Shown here: piece after piece, positions 12,201 through 24,509 of the stretch | Position numbering within the stretch: the first letter of the stretch is position 1 | Layout: every line of letters starts with the position of its first letter | Source of the DNA: Convolutriloba macropyga | Lineage: Eukaryota | Assembly: GCF_964194025.1 (NCBI RefSeq) | Contig: NC_134474.1 | Span: 20,956,001-21,020,000, forward strand | Length of the DNA: 64,000 nt | Reading direction: 5' to 3' | Translations under genes and position numbers: made by a program | Notes under the pieces: generated by a model | The model's database searches: none | Told to the model about the DNA's origin: nothing | The model's input: only the letters and a program-made list of their open reading frames with translations

Positions 12201-14175
12201 GACTAACAACGGACGACTGGCTCTCGAACGACAGGCGAGGCCGTTTAATTTATAGGGAGAGCAGCTTAGAACTTTTGTGTGGTTGCACAAAAGCTGACCG
12301 CAGAGGGCTTCAACCTTCTTTTGCGTACAATCGCTTTTATATTAGCATGAAACTTTATTTCAGAATGCCAGAATGCAAGCAACTTATATCACACAAAAAT
12401 GCAAAATTCAAGCCTGAAAAAGTCATTCAAGAAGTCAAAGAATGCTATAGAATAAAAGCGCAACACGGTCAAGCAAAAACTTTGCATTAAAAACACACGT
12501 CTACAATAACTGCCTCAAATTTTGTTCGAGAGCAAATAATAATCAATATTTGTTATCTTGGTCCAGTTGAAAAGCTGAATTTAAAAAAATTGTTTCCTTC
12601 CTTAACTTTATTATGCCTGCCTCACCGACCGAACACGAAAAGAACTATTCTGTCTGCTATAAAATTGAATAGCAAAATCATCTGTTATTTTACAAATTAG
12701 GTTTCTTTTCATCCATTTGTCGCAAAAACTTATATACTTTAACATCAATTAATAGCAGGAGCATATATACAAGTACGTTTTAAACTTTTCGCGGATTTTT
12801 TTTTGAAGAACCCCAAAAACATCGAATACGTAATTTTGTAATCAGAAAGGCAGTTGAACTTTTTTGGAGTCACATTTTGCAATAGAAAATAAAGATAAGA
12901 AGTTGAGCATTCCAACCAGCCCAGGATTGCTATGCAAAAAGGTCATTGAAAAAGTTTTTCTAGCCACTTATAAAGATCATTTGCTTCACGACTATTTTTA
13001 AGTTAAAAATAGTAATCAGAAAGGCTTTGTATTCAGAAAGGCAGTTGAAATTTCTTGGAGTCACATTGGGCAATAGAAAATAAAAGTAATAATTTAAGCA
13101 TTTCAGTAAATCCCAGGATTGCCATGCAAAAAGGTCATTTATTTAAAAAGTTTTTCTAGTCACTTAAAAAGATCATTTCCTTTACGACTATTTTTAAGTT
13201 AAAAATAGCCACTTAGAAAAGAGATGAACTGGCGCGTCGACGTGCGTTCAATTGTATACGTGTCATTATTTTTCCCAACGACTGAGTGTGGGGGAACTGC
13301 ATAGAGAGCGTTGGTCAAGCTCTACTCAAGAAACCACGAAGAAAGTTTAAGGTTCTGCAAAAAACTACTGATTTTCACTACATTTTAATCACTTTCACAA
13401 ATTTTCATTTTCCTCCATATTTGCCGTCATTTTATGTAAAAAGTTAAACACTTTTTTACAACATGCAAAAAATAAGTAAAAACAGCAATTTGTTTGAAAA
13501 TTGTAATAGTTTGATAAAACTGCTGATCAAAGAATTTCAAATCAGTGCTGAACAAAGTGCTGAAAATTGGCATCGACATCTTGTGAAGAACGAAACTTCT
13601 CAAATTTCCGTTTTTCGGATTATTTTTTCACTTTTTGCAAAACGAGCCTTGTTAAATATCATAACAGTATATAGCAGCATTTTATCAGGGCGTAAACTAT
13701 ATTTGGAGGGTGGATTAAGCCAAATTTTCTAAAGGCTCAGAGAAAGGGGGCGAAAGAGTATATACTAGCAAATATAAAAATTAAAACCTGTGAGCCACAA
13801 AATTAGTTAGTGGATTATAACGCAGTGAGTATTGCTTTCGAGGATATAGCTTCTTAAGCTCTCAGAACATTTATCATATATAGCGACAGAACAATTTGCA
13901 CCCGGGCGTCATAAAAAGAACTGGGCGCTGCAACGGTATAGAAGAATTTATTTATTCATCAGCTATTACACACGATGATTCTATAAAGAGGGAAGTTAGA
14001 TAGACATAACATTGCTAGAAAAGTGACTGACCTCTACGGCACAGAAAGCATTAACAGTTGGGTGTGGCATTGTGATGGCTAGAGCCCTCCTTGTTGGATT
14101 GTAAACTTGTCTGTCCCCAAATGACAGCAGTAATTTATCTGAAAATTTACTCTCAAATTCAAAAAACCTCGCCAT
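9215..14175 (-). CDS. Lipid phosphate phosphatase / type-2 phosphatidic acid phosphatase (PLPP/wunen family), 5' part; exons 14032-14175, 9756-9871, 9215-9380; the gene continues leftwards
   Basis: Spliced translation MARFFEF...NAFCAVE/VFNCVLLLVLLLAEYLTAKTANLLPVFHRGFFCDDETIR/YPYKDSTVPYWTIGMAYPAFLVLFMLPLVVIQL. RGFFCDD.sIRYPYK.STV between TM1 and TM2 is the PLPP signature. Junctions are GT-AG with consistent phases. Exon 1 is less certain, and the catalytic-motif exons were not found in the window. Confidence 0.88.
12216..12537. mobile_element. Old MITE-like element of a family with TIR ~AATTGCTCTCGAACG
   Basis: Ends gctctcgaac ... gttcgagagc; internally colinear with the copy at 37239-37612. 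Confidence 0.6.
12837..13208. repeat. Diverged tandem duplication of ~190 bp
   Basis: cagaaaggcagttgaa...acgactatttttaagttaaaaatag occurs twice (about 12841 and 13031). Confidence 0.8.
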
Positions 14176-15107
14176 TTCTACAGCTAAGAATGTTAACGTT
14201 AATAAATCGAATGTTGAAAAATTAAACAACTAATTACGACGCACGTGTACACAGTAAAGTACTACATAACAACATCTAATTATAAGTGGGGGTATAAGAA
14301 ACACAGGGGTGGTGGTGGGGGCAGTATAGATCTCATTTTTCTATAACACGGTTTTAACACAAAATATTAGCTGTCAATAGTGGTAGAAAATAGGACTCAA
14401 TGATAGTTGTCGACAATAAATAACACAAGCACATCACGAATTTTGTTCTCGCCTTTGAAGCCATAAAATTGCATACAAAAGAACAGGTGAACAATTCATA
14501 CTGCGTCATATGACCTTTAACCCATAATTAACTATCTTCAATTCAACCTTTCGACCCAGACGGATATAGCACAAATTCTTGTTCATAATGGGCATCAAAA
14601 GCATCGTACCATTCAAAAGTACGAGCGAGTCGATATGGGATTGACTAAAACGGTCAAAGTGACATGTTCCTCTTTTAGCTGTTACAGAGGATCTTCCGTA
14701 GGTGAAAATTTGTAGAACTTAAACCGAATTTAAGAGGTTACAAACTTAAAAGACTGAGCTTCATAAAATCTCCACACAAAAAAATCAGGCCAAATAAGAA
14801 ATTTTCAAAGCTTCCAATAAAGCCGGGGCTGTAGCCTAGATAAATTTTTTTATGGGTGCAAAAATTACAGCCAGGCTGGGATGCAAACCAGTGACCTCCG
14901 GAGTCCTCGACAGAAGCATTATCAACTCGGCTTTCAGGTCCTTGCATATCCTATACTACAATCACGTTTATTGTAGGTCAAGTAAGAATTCTGCTGAAAA
15001 AACACACGTTTATAATAATTGCTTCAAATTTCGTTCGATAGCAATTAAACACCCACCATAATAAACATCTCGAAACGCAGAACTCAAAGCCAAATTTCTT
15101 TCAATTT

Positions 15108-18100
15108 ATACTGATGGTCAATTTATACCTTAACAAGCCGACTCGGTAATGTGCGATCGCACCACATAAGGTTCCGACCCCGCTCATCCACAATTTTGGC
15201 TTGATTGTCTACCAAATGAGGAACATAGAAAACCCAAAAATTCAAGTATTTCAAAAAAAAAAATTGGTGTATGAACGAAAAGAAAGTCTCCAAAGCAAAT
15301 AACTGCGGTGGAGTAAAAATGGCGCATTAGATTGATGAGATGTGCATATTTTTAGAAAGCGAGTGAAGACGAACAGCAAAATCAAACAACAGCAACAACA
15401 AAAATTAATTACATCAAAAACTTCATGTCCGTTTTAAAAAACAAAACTTAATAACACAGTCAAAATACCGTCAGATAAAAGTGATAGTAAACAAAACAAC
15501 TTGTAATTCACCAGAAAAGATAAGGGAGTAGTAAAAAAAGACTTGGTAACAATTAGACAAAAAAGAACAAAAACAGTAAAACTGAAAAATTCGCACTGAA
15601 AGAAAAAAATTTTTTTAAACAATTAATTACGAAATAATGAAAACCATAAGAAATCAAATAAAATATCCCATAAGTGAGCGGTTACCAATGCTTCCATAGA
15701 AGGAATTAGGAGCTGTCGGTATTCAAATTTTTACGCGGTTACAAAAACAATATATAGACAACAAATAAAAAATCAAATAAAACTTTGCGGAAAACGCTTT
15801 CGAAACCGTAAAGCCATACTATCGTCATCAAAATGTGATCAATTGCACTTTCTGCAACCACCAATACTGTATTATGTGACCTCTCATTAATGAAAAAGGT
15901 AACAAGTAGACAAAAATGGAAAACAAAAAGCAAAATTGAGTACCACTTTAATTTTTTTTTCGAAAAAAAATATTTCCAAAGACATGAACGCTAATAATTA
16001 CAGAATATAAAAACTAATTAGGTTCGTATATTCTTCCACAAGAAGCCCATGAAAATTTCAATTATCCAGAATATGTCTTCTGTCTACAAAAAGAACGTCA
16101 AACATGACAAAATCAAAATTAATTTACATTTTTTTTCGTGCCGAAACCAGTAAAGTCAATAAATTCTTTAAAAACATTAGATTGTGTGACACTAACACCC
16201 TTCTGAAACCTACCTTCGACAACAAAAATGTCATAATTGGCCAATACTGATGGTCAATTTATACCTTAACAAGGCGACTCGGTAATGTGCGATCGCACCA
16301 CATAAGGTTCCGACCCCGCTCATCCACAATTTTGGCTTGATTGTCTACCAAATGAGGAACATAGAAAACCCAAAAATTCAAGTATTTCAAAAAAAAATTG
16401 GTGTATGAACGAAAAGAAAGTCTCCAAAGCAAATAACTGCGGTGGAGTAAAAATGGCGCATTAGATTGATGAGATGTGCATATTTTTAGAAAGCGAGTGA
16501 AGACGAACAGCAAAATCAAACAACAGCAACAACAAAAATTACATCAAAAACTTCATGTCCGTTTTAAAAAACAAAACTTAATAACACAGTCAAAATACCG
16601 TCAGATAAAAGTGATAGTAAACAAAATAACTTGTAATTCACCAGAAAAGATAAGGGAGTAGTAAAAAAACGCTTGGTAACAATTAGACAATAAAGAACAA
16701 AAACAGTAAAACTGAAAAATTCGCACTGAAAGAAAAAAATTTTTTTAAACAATTAATTACGAAATAATGAAAACCATAAGAAATCAAATAAAATATCCCA
16801 TAAGTGAGCGGTTACCAATGCTTCCATAGAAGGAATTGGGAGCTGTCGGTATTCAAATTTTTACGCGGTTACAAAAACAATATATAGACAACAAACAAAA
16901 AATCAAATAAAACTTTGCGGAAAACGCTTTCGAAACCGTAAAGCCATACTATCGTCATCAAAATGTGATCAATTGCACTTTCTGCAACCACCAATAATGT
17001 ATTATGTGACCTCTCATTAATGAAAAAGGTAACAAGTAGACAAAAATGGAAAACAAAAAGCAAAATTGAGTACCACTTTAATTTTTTTTTCGAAAAAAAA
17101 TATTTCCAAAGACATGAACGCCAATAATTACAGAATATAAAAACTAATCAGGTTCGTATATTCTTCCAAAAGAAGCCCATGAAAATTTCATCTATCCAGA
17201 ATATGTCTTTTGTCTACAAAAAAAACGTCAAACATGACAAAAATCAAAATTAATTTACGTTTTTTTTTTCGTGTCGAAGCCAGTAAAGTCAATAAATTCT
17301 TTAAAAATATTAGATTGTGTGACACTAACACCCTTCTGAAACCTACCTTCGACAACAAAAATGTCATAATTGGCCAATACTGATGGTCAATACTGATGGT
17401 CAAATTATACCTTAACAAGGCGACTCGGTAATGTGCGATCGCACCACATAAGGTTCCGACCCCGCTCATCCACAATTTTGGCTTGATTGTCTACCAAATG
17501 AGGAACATAGAAAACCCAAAAATTCAAGTATTTCAAAAAAAAATTGGTGTATGAACGAAAAGAAAGTCTCCAAAGCAAATAACTGCGGTGGAGTAAAAAT
17601 GGCGCATTAGATTGATGGGATGTGCATATTTTAAGAAAGCGAGTGAAGACGAACAGCAAAATCAAACAACAGCAACAACAAAAATTACATCAAAAACTTC
17701 ATGTCCGTTTTAAAAAACAAAACTTAATAACACAGTCAAAATACCGTCAGATAAAAGTGATAGTAAACAAAATAACTTGTAATTCACCAGAAAAGATAAG
17801 GGAGTAGTAAAAAAACGCTTGGTAACAATTAGACAATAAAGAACAAAAACAGTAAAACTGAAAAATTCGCACTGAAAGAAAAAAATTTTTTTAAACAATT
17901 AATTACGAAATAATGAAAACCATAAGAAATCAAATAAAATATCCCATAAGTGAGCGGTTACCAATGCTTCCATAGAAGGAATTAGGAGCTGTCGGTATTC
18001 AAATTTTTACGCGGTTACAAAAACAATATATAGACAACAAACAAAAAATCAAATAAAACTTTGCGGAAAACGCTTTCGAAACCGTAAAGCCATACTATCG

Positions 18101-18519
18101 TCATCAAAATGTGATCAATTGCACTTTCTGCAACCACCAATAATGTATTATGTGACCTCTCATTAATGAAAAAGGTAACAAGTAGACAAAAATGGAAAAC
18201 AAAAAGCAAAATTGAGTACCACTTTAATTTTTTTTTCGAAAAAAAATATTTCCAAAGACATGAACGCCAATAATTACAGAATATAAAAACTAATCAGGTT
18301 CGTATATTCGTCCAAAAGAAGCCCATGAAAATTTCATCTATCCAGAATATGTCTTTTGTCTACAAAAAAAACGTCAAACATGACAAAAATCAAAATTAAT
18401 TTACTTTTTTTTTCGTGTCGAAGCCAGTAAAGTCAATAAATTCTTTAAAAACATTAGATTGTGTGACACTAACACCCTTCTGAAACCTACCTTTGACAAC
18501 AAAAATGTCATAATTGGCC
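15108..18519. repeat. Three near-identical tandem copies of a ~1.13-kb non-coding unit
   Basis: Unit start ctgatggtcaa at 15111, 16247 and 17380; the same short ORFs recur at 1130-1146 bp offsets; a 13-bp duplication lies at the second junction. Confidence 0.97.
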
Positions 18520-21128
18520 TGTAATTAACGAGACTAGATAACAACCAGACAACAAAAGGAAAATTTTCGAAGTTAAGTGTTTTTTTTTTAAATTTGGAAA
18601 ACGATTGTTTTCAGAGTTATGAAAAATATCTCAAATCAGAGCTATCTACTAAAATCAGAATATCGTCTCATCTATTTTTCCATGAAAAAGCAATGAGACC
18701 GGGTCATTGTACAGTAAAATTTCAAACGATTAAAAAGACAATGTAAAAACGGCAGTTGAAGACAATTTAAAAAAATCAATTAAATTCTTCGAGAAAGTAG
18801 TGTCGAAGCCGTTAAAATCCTAATCTATATCTTCAAGCATTTAAATAACATCAATTGTGCTTCACTTTGAAAGCCAATAATGTGATACATGAACTGTCAA
18901 TAACGTGATAACATGACAAAACTAGAAAACGTGAATAATGGGCTAATACCTAAAAATTAAGAAAAGTTGAAATCTAGTTGTATCAAAACCAGTAGCCCCA
19001 AGACGTAAAACCACAATAAAGATGTAGTTTGATTGCAATAGAGAGAAGAAGCATGCTTTCACTGCTGACAATAAGCTACAAGTTGACCAAAGAAATACAA
19101 AACTAGAGGCAAAAGTTCAATAAGTCATTATTTATTTGAAAATCAAATACTTTTGAAATTCAAAACGACCCTAAGCTTTCAAGTAATCAACTAGATACAA
19201 TAATGTTGAGCTAATTAGGAACCCAATTGAAACTATCATCAGTGAGCTTTTTTTCGAAACGTAATGTTATTTAATTATTGTAGAAGAGATCGAAATTTTT
19301 TTTTATAAAAAAGACCGACTGTTTACAATCCGAATTATTTTTGGATTATACCAGTCCAAGATTGGTCCAAAACTAGTCCTGCTAGTGCTTTTCGTTCTTT
19401 AAGAACACCTAATTATTCAATGTCAAAGATATTGATTTTTTGTTAGTTAAATAATCAAAAAAGGATGCTGCGTTTCGGATAATCAACGAATAAATTTAGC
19501 AAAAAACGGCGAAATTTTAATTACAGAGCACTCTCAACGGAATATGAAAAAAACCCATTTTGAGTCTAAAAAAATTGTGTTGGCGGTGTTTGGGTCTGTA
19601 CTTCCTGTAAATTTAATCAAAATGGACTAAAGAAACTTATTTCGTGCTGTTTTTGAAGAAAATGTCTTAATTTAAGTATTTAGCCAGAATTTTTGACAAA
19701 AAAATAATAAAAAGTCTACAATATTCATTTGATTTTTTTTTGTTTTCACAAATAAAAATCAACAACACTTTAACAAAAAATTAACAAATTTTAGCAAAAT
19801 TGGCAAAGTTTTATTCAAAAATTCTGGAAAAAGTGAATAAAATCTCGCCAGATTTCACACTAATTTCTCAAAATTTAAGCCTCGATAACTCCCTGTAAAA
19901 AACGAAAATTAAAAAAATCTTTTTAATTCCATATTCTACGCTGGACAAGCTTTCTAATGATACCAGTCTCAACTCTACGATGAATATATCGATCGGCCAA
20001 AATTGACTGAACAAAAAAAACCCGTTTGAGTATATAGTTCCTTCCCCCTCAAGAGGGGTCGGAACAATTATACTTTCAATTTAAGTTTTCAGCAAAAATT
20101 TTAGGGGATGATGTTTTGCAAAGGCGTCTGGCGAGCGCCGTCACTTTTCTATATCAACTGTTTATTATAAAATAAAAATTTATTTTCAAAAATTGCTACT
20201 GTAAAGCAATATTTCAAGCACTCAAGCACTTACGGAAAAATTCGCACACATCAAAAGCCTGAACGTTTCTGAGTTAACTAAAAGTACAATTTATATAATT
20301 CGACCGGACAGCTTTTTGCACATAACATTGCAAAATATTATTTAGAAAATATATTGCTCGAGCATTTAGAAGGGATCTGGAAACAAGATATTTCCATTAC
20401 AATTTTTGAAAGTCATTATTTGGGAACAATTCGCTGTCTTCTCAATATTTGACTCCTTTACAGTGGAACAAAGTGCGTGGCAATTATTAAGTTCAGATTT
20501 TTTAAATTCAATTTAAGGCAAGTTAATTTAAACCAGAAAGTAAAAAAAGGTCAATTCAACTTGTAACTCAGTGGCATTAATTAAACTGTCCGAAATTGCT
20601 TTCAACAATAACATTAATTGAAAACTCGCTAGAGCTTTACCTTGAATAACACCATGTTTATATTCCAAATTTATGCTTCATTGTTTCTGTAAAGTTTCAC
20701 GTGGCATTGTGTGTAATGAGACAAACTCGAAAAATTATAACAAATAACGCGGCTTTTTAAGTCCGAGTTAAATTTCCTCCAAAAATTTAGTCATTTTCGC
20801 CTGCACTGCTAAAACGACCTCTGAGGAAATTAAGTTCTCCCTGAGTGTTCAAAACTTTGCATTTTTACAGTTTGCATACCAAAGTTTAAAGTTTTTTTTT
20901 TGAGAAATTATATAATTGTAAATAATTGAGATTTTCTCATATTGTTCTTGCTCATTTTTTCTTACACATGCTTTCCTAGTTCAACAGAAATAAAAACGGC
21001 TTGAAAACAGCCTAATCACTATAGAAGTAATGGTTAAGTGACTTCTGGCGTTTATCGAGAACCGCGAAGCGTTTCGAGATATTAAGTCAGAATTTCGAAG
21101 TGATTTCTGCAGATTCACTTTAACATGC

Positions 21129-21264
21129 TTAAAACACAAAACGCGCACGTTTTAAAATGACGAAAGTCAACGAAATTCAACGTCTGGCTAAGTAGCAACG
21201 TCTGGCATTTTGACTTCAGGCAGTGCATACTTTCGGCATTTTAAAATGTGCACGTGTGTTTTAA
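21129..21264. mobile_element. Small foldback / MITE-like element with ~36-bp imperfect TIRs ending in TTAA
   Basis: ttaaaacac(aaa)acgcgcacgttttaaaatgacgaaagt versus actttcggcattttaaaatgtgcacgtgtgttttaa. Confidence 0.5.
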
Positions 21265-22034
21265 CGTCAAATTTGTTTCGGCAATTCTGAACCCAATTGC
21301 CGAAATGGGCGAATATAACAAATGGATTTTAATTAAGAAAAGCAATGGAAAGTATCATTGATTAATTGATGGGCAGTAATTTGAAACCCATTTTCGACAA
21401 CCATATACGGTGCCCGCAGCAATTTATTGAAAGCCAATAAGTTTATGATAGCTTGCGTTGAAATTTAGACAATAAGTTATGATAGTTTGCGTCCCAATTA
21501 TTTGTTTTGATTATCTTTTCCAACTGAAGAGATATTTGTCAGAATCTAAGACGTACTATAACCGTTATCAGTCAAAAAATTTACTGCTTAAAGGCATAAA
21601 TAAGAGAGAACTCAGACAAATTTTGATTAAGATCTAACTAAACGCCTTCACTTAAAACAATTAGTTCTTTGACGTGACTACACAATCAAAAGCTTTGAGG
21701 CAACAGCTTTATCATTGTGTAATCTCAGGAAAAAATCTCATAAAGCGGCACGAACTGAAAACTGACGAGCTTAAAATACACAAAACCTTCCGCTTAAAGT
21801 CGAAAAAGCAAGAAATTTCCAATTACACACAAAAACTATGAGTGAAGAAAGAGGCAGTTAATGATCGCATTTAAAGTGAAAAGACCTGAAACGTTAACCC
21901 AATTCAACTCACGATACTAATCATAGCACTTCAATACCCCCAAGGCCGTATTCAATTGACAGCAATATAATTGTTTTTCTAGGAACTCAAAGAATTTTTA
22001 TAATTCCGAGAGCAAACCAAGGAGTTTGTGTACA

Positions 22035-23327
22035 GTTGGCATGGAGAATCCGTATACGCCGGGCCAACAGAAGCAGCGGAGGAAACGACGTTGCGACAGA
22101 ATTTCTCCGAAACAGGCCCCCGCCAGTTACAAAGCGAGCAGGATGCCTACGTGAGAAGATGCTAAGATTGGACGAGGGAGTACCGGCACACGGCACAGCG
22201 AGCAGAAACACAATACCAAGACTGAGGAGCAAAACACACGAAGCATGGAAGAAGACCGGGAAGAGGAAGTCTGCCGACGACCAGCGAGAATTCCGTGGGA
22301 GCTTCAGGAGGATTGCACTGGAACCCGAGAGTGCAACGAAGCTCGACACAATGGACCGAGAGCCTCTTGTTGTAGCAGACAGCCCGCCCTGGGAACAGCG
22401 CCCCCACCAGGCCTCCTTTCACACCGACCTTACGAGGAGACTGAAAAGAAACGATGAGGATACAGAGAAAAGAAAGATAACCGAAGAGTTTCTTGCGTCA
22501 CTCCCTCCCTGTGACACACAGGTTTGGACAGATGGATCAGTGGACAAAGGACACGGTGGGGCTGGAGCAGTTGTCATCAGAGAATCGGGAAGAGAGGAAT
22601 TGAAGACAAGCGCAGGATTATTCTGCTCCTCCTTCACGGCCGAGATGACAGCAATCAACATGACCCTAGAACATCTTCAGCGCAACTGGACAACACAAAC
22701 GGTCAGGATACTCACCGACTCACTATCAGCAGTGGAACGTTTGGAAGAAGGACCGGAAAAACAAAGGTGCAGTTTAGGTAGACAAATCTGGAGCAAGTTA
22801 GCCGTATGCCCTGGAACCCAGATAGTTTGGATCCCTTCGCACTGTGGAGTACAAGGCAACGAAGAGGCCGACCGAGTAGCAAATGCCGCCACAACACTGG
22901 AACCAGAAAAGAGGCCAATCACTCTTCAAACGGCGACGACCGCTATCAAATTGGACGCAAGGAGGGAAACTCTGAAGTTCTACGCAGGTGCAGCCAGGAT
23001 CTTCAAAGCGAGGAAGCTTGACAGGAGAAGAGACCAAACCATATGGAACCAACTCATGTCAGGCCACAGCCTGCTAGACAGGGCAACCCTCAGAAGATTT
23101 GGGGCGACAGAATCGGACCGTTGCCCTGACTGCGACGAACCCCACACTGCTGAACACGTCATGAAGGTTTGTCAACGAGGGGCGAGCCTACGACATCGGA
23201 TGATGGGAAACGAGGAGCCAAAAGACCACTTTATCAATAACCCAAGGAACCTAATCAAATTGGTGAAACACGCGGGGATTTATCCATATTAGCCCGGGAG
23301 GGGCTACACGGATCCTGAAGAAGAAGA
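22035..23327 (+). mobile_element. 5'-truncated non-LTR retrotransposon of an RNase H-bearing clade (I group: I/Ingi/Loa/R1-like), with (GAA)n tail and 12-bp TSD
   Basis: TSD agtttgtgtaca at 22023-22034 and 23328-23339; gaagaagaag tail; sharp rise in GC content; no RT core, consistent with 5' truncation. Confidence 0.92.
22036..23292 (+). CDS. C-terminal part of LINE ORF2: RNase HI domain plus Cys/His zinc-binding motif
   Basis: Motifs VWTDGS, SSFTAEMTAI, ILTDSLS, WIPSHCGVQGNEEADRVA and CPDCDEPHTAEHVMKVC; 418 codons uninterrupted. Confidence 0.9.
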   Translation: MAWRIRIRRANRSSGGNDVATEFLRNRPPPVTKRAGCLREKMLRLDEGVPAHGTASRNTIPRLRSKTHEAWKKTGKRKSADDQREFRGSFRRIALEPESATKLDTMDREPLVVADSPPWEQRPHQASFHTDLTRRLKRNDEDTEKRKITEEFLASLPPCDTQVWTDGSVDKGHGGAGAVVIRESGREELKTSAGLFCSSFTAEMTAINMTLEHLQRNWTTQTVRILTDSLSAVERLEEGPEKQRCSLGRQIWSKLAVCPGTQIVWIPSHCGVQGNEEADRVANAATTLEPEKRPITLQTATTAIKLDARRETLKFYAGAARIFKARKLDRRRDQTIWNQLMSGHSLLDRATLRRFGATESDRCPDCDEPHTAEHVMKVCQRGASLRHRMMGNEEPKDHFINNPRNLIKLVKHAGIYPY

Positions 23328-24509
23328 AGTTTGTGTACAAGGGAGCATCTTCAAGGCACATCGGTCAATATTGGACACAACCAAATTTGTGATTATAATT
23401 TTTCCAACTTTTTCAGAACGTAGAAACTTCAACTCTATCTATGATCAGTGCGGCAAATACGTTGAAAATGTCTTCTATGAAAGTTCATACGCTCAACACT
23501 ATTAGATTTGATAATAGATAATCTTTTGTTTAATAGATAAGCTTTTCAGTGACCTCACAGCTATTTTAAGAACAGCAGGTGACAATAAAAGCAACAGTAT
23601 AGTATGGTATAGAAGCAGCCATGTGTATACTATGCCATTACCATATATGGTAAGCATACACTTTCAGTAGATTTGCAGATACAAATTGTCAATACCTCTT
23701 TGTAAAAAGCACCGTACTAGACAAGACATTAAAATTTACAGCGTGAATCAACTGAGCTCTTTTTACCCTCTAAAAACGGTAACAAAACCGCCTCTTAAAG
23801 CTTCACACTAAAACTACAGCTTATACCATGCAGTAAAACGCTGCACAAAACCGTTAGAATTGCAAACAACGTTTATACCACCTCTTACTTATTATAGAAT
23901 ACCAAACAAAGCTAGCTAGCTCAGCAGCAATTTGTCTTGCATTTCAGCTGAGAGCTAGATAGATAGATAGAAACCGTGGTAATAATGGTTAAAGACGGGA
24001 AACGAATAGCTTACCATAAAAGGCAACCCATCATCCAATGTAGAGGAAAAACATGGCATCACCTAAGAGCACTGCTGCGCTTTTACATACTCTCGCAAGG
24101 CAAAGTTGGTTGCAGCAACAGTATAAAAAGCGAAGACAACCGAGAAATGAACAGTTTCGCAAATATTTTTGAAATTGGAAACATCAATTATTATTGAATC
24201 TTTGTTGTTCAGAATTACATCTACCTTCATAGACGCCTTTGGCAGAGATAATTTCAGACTTTTCAGCAATCCGAAACAGAATTGAAACAAAATTTTACGC
24301 CGTCAATTGACTTGAGAAAATACCCTCTAGAACTGCATACAGTTAGTTCTCCGAATCCACCGCAAACAAATTTTCAAAAGTCGCAAATTTTAAAAACTCT
24401 AATAGCTTACTGAGCGTGTTCGGAAGATTCTTGCTATTTCAATCCAGCTAACTTTGTTGCATTACTTATCTTATTCGAAATCAGACAAAACGCGACTCTT
24501 GATTGGAGA

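Larger units (their letters stand above)
21570..24340 (+). pseudogene. Decayed multi-exon gene of unknown family, interrupted by the RNase H LINE
   Basis: A series of AG/GT-bounded protein-like segments with scattered stops, e.g. ELKEFL*FREQTKEFVY[LINE]KGASSRHI/ERRNFNSIYDQCGKYVENVFYE and LAEIISDFSAIRNRIETKFYAVN*LEK. Confidence 0.35.

Noticed and set aside
15434-18209. Repeated hydrophobic small ORFs
   Set aside because: They are by-products of the antisense strand of an A-rich tandem repeat, with no domain signal.
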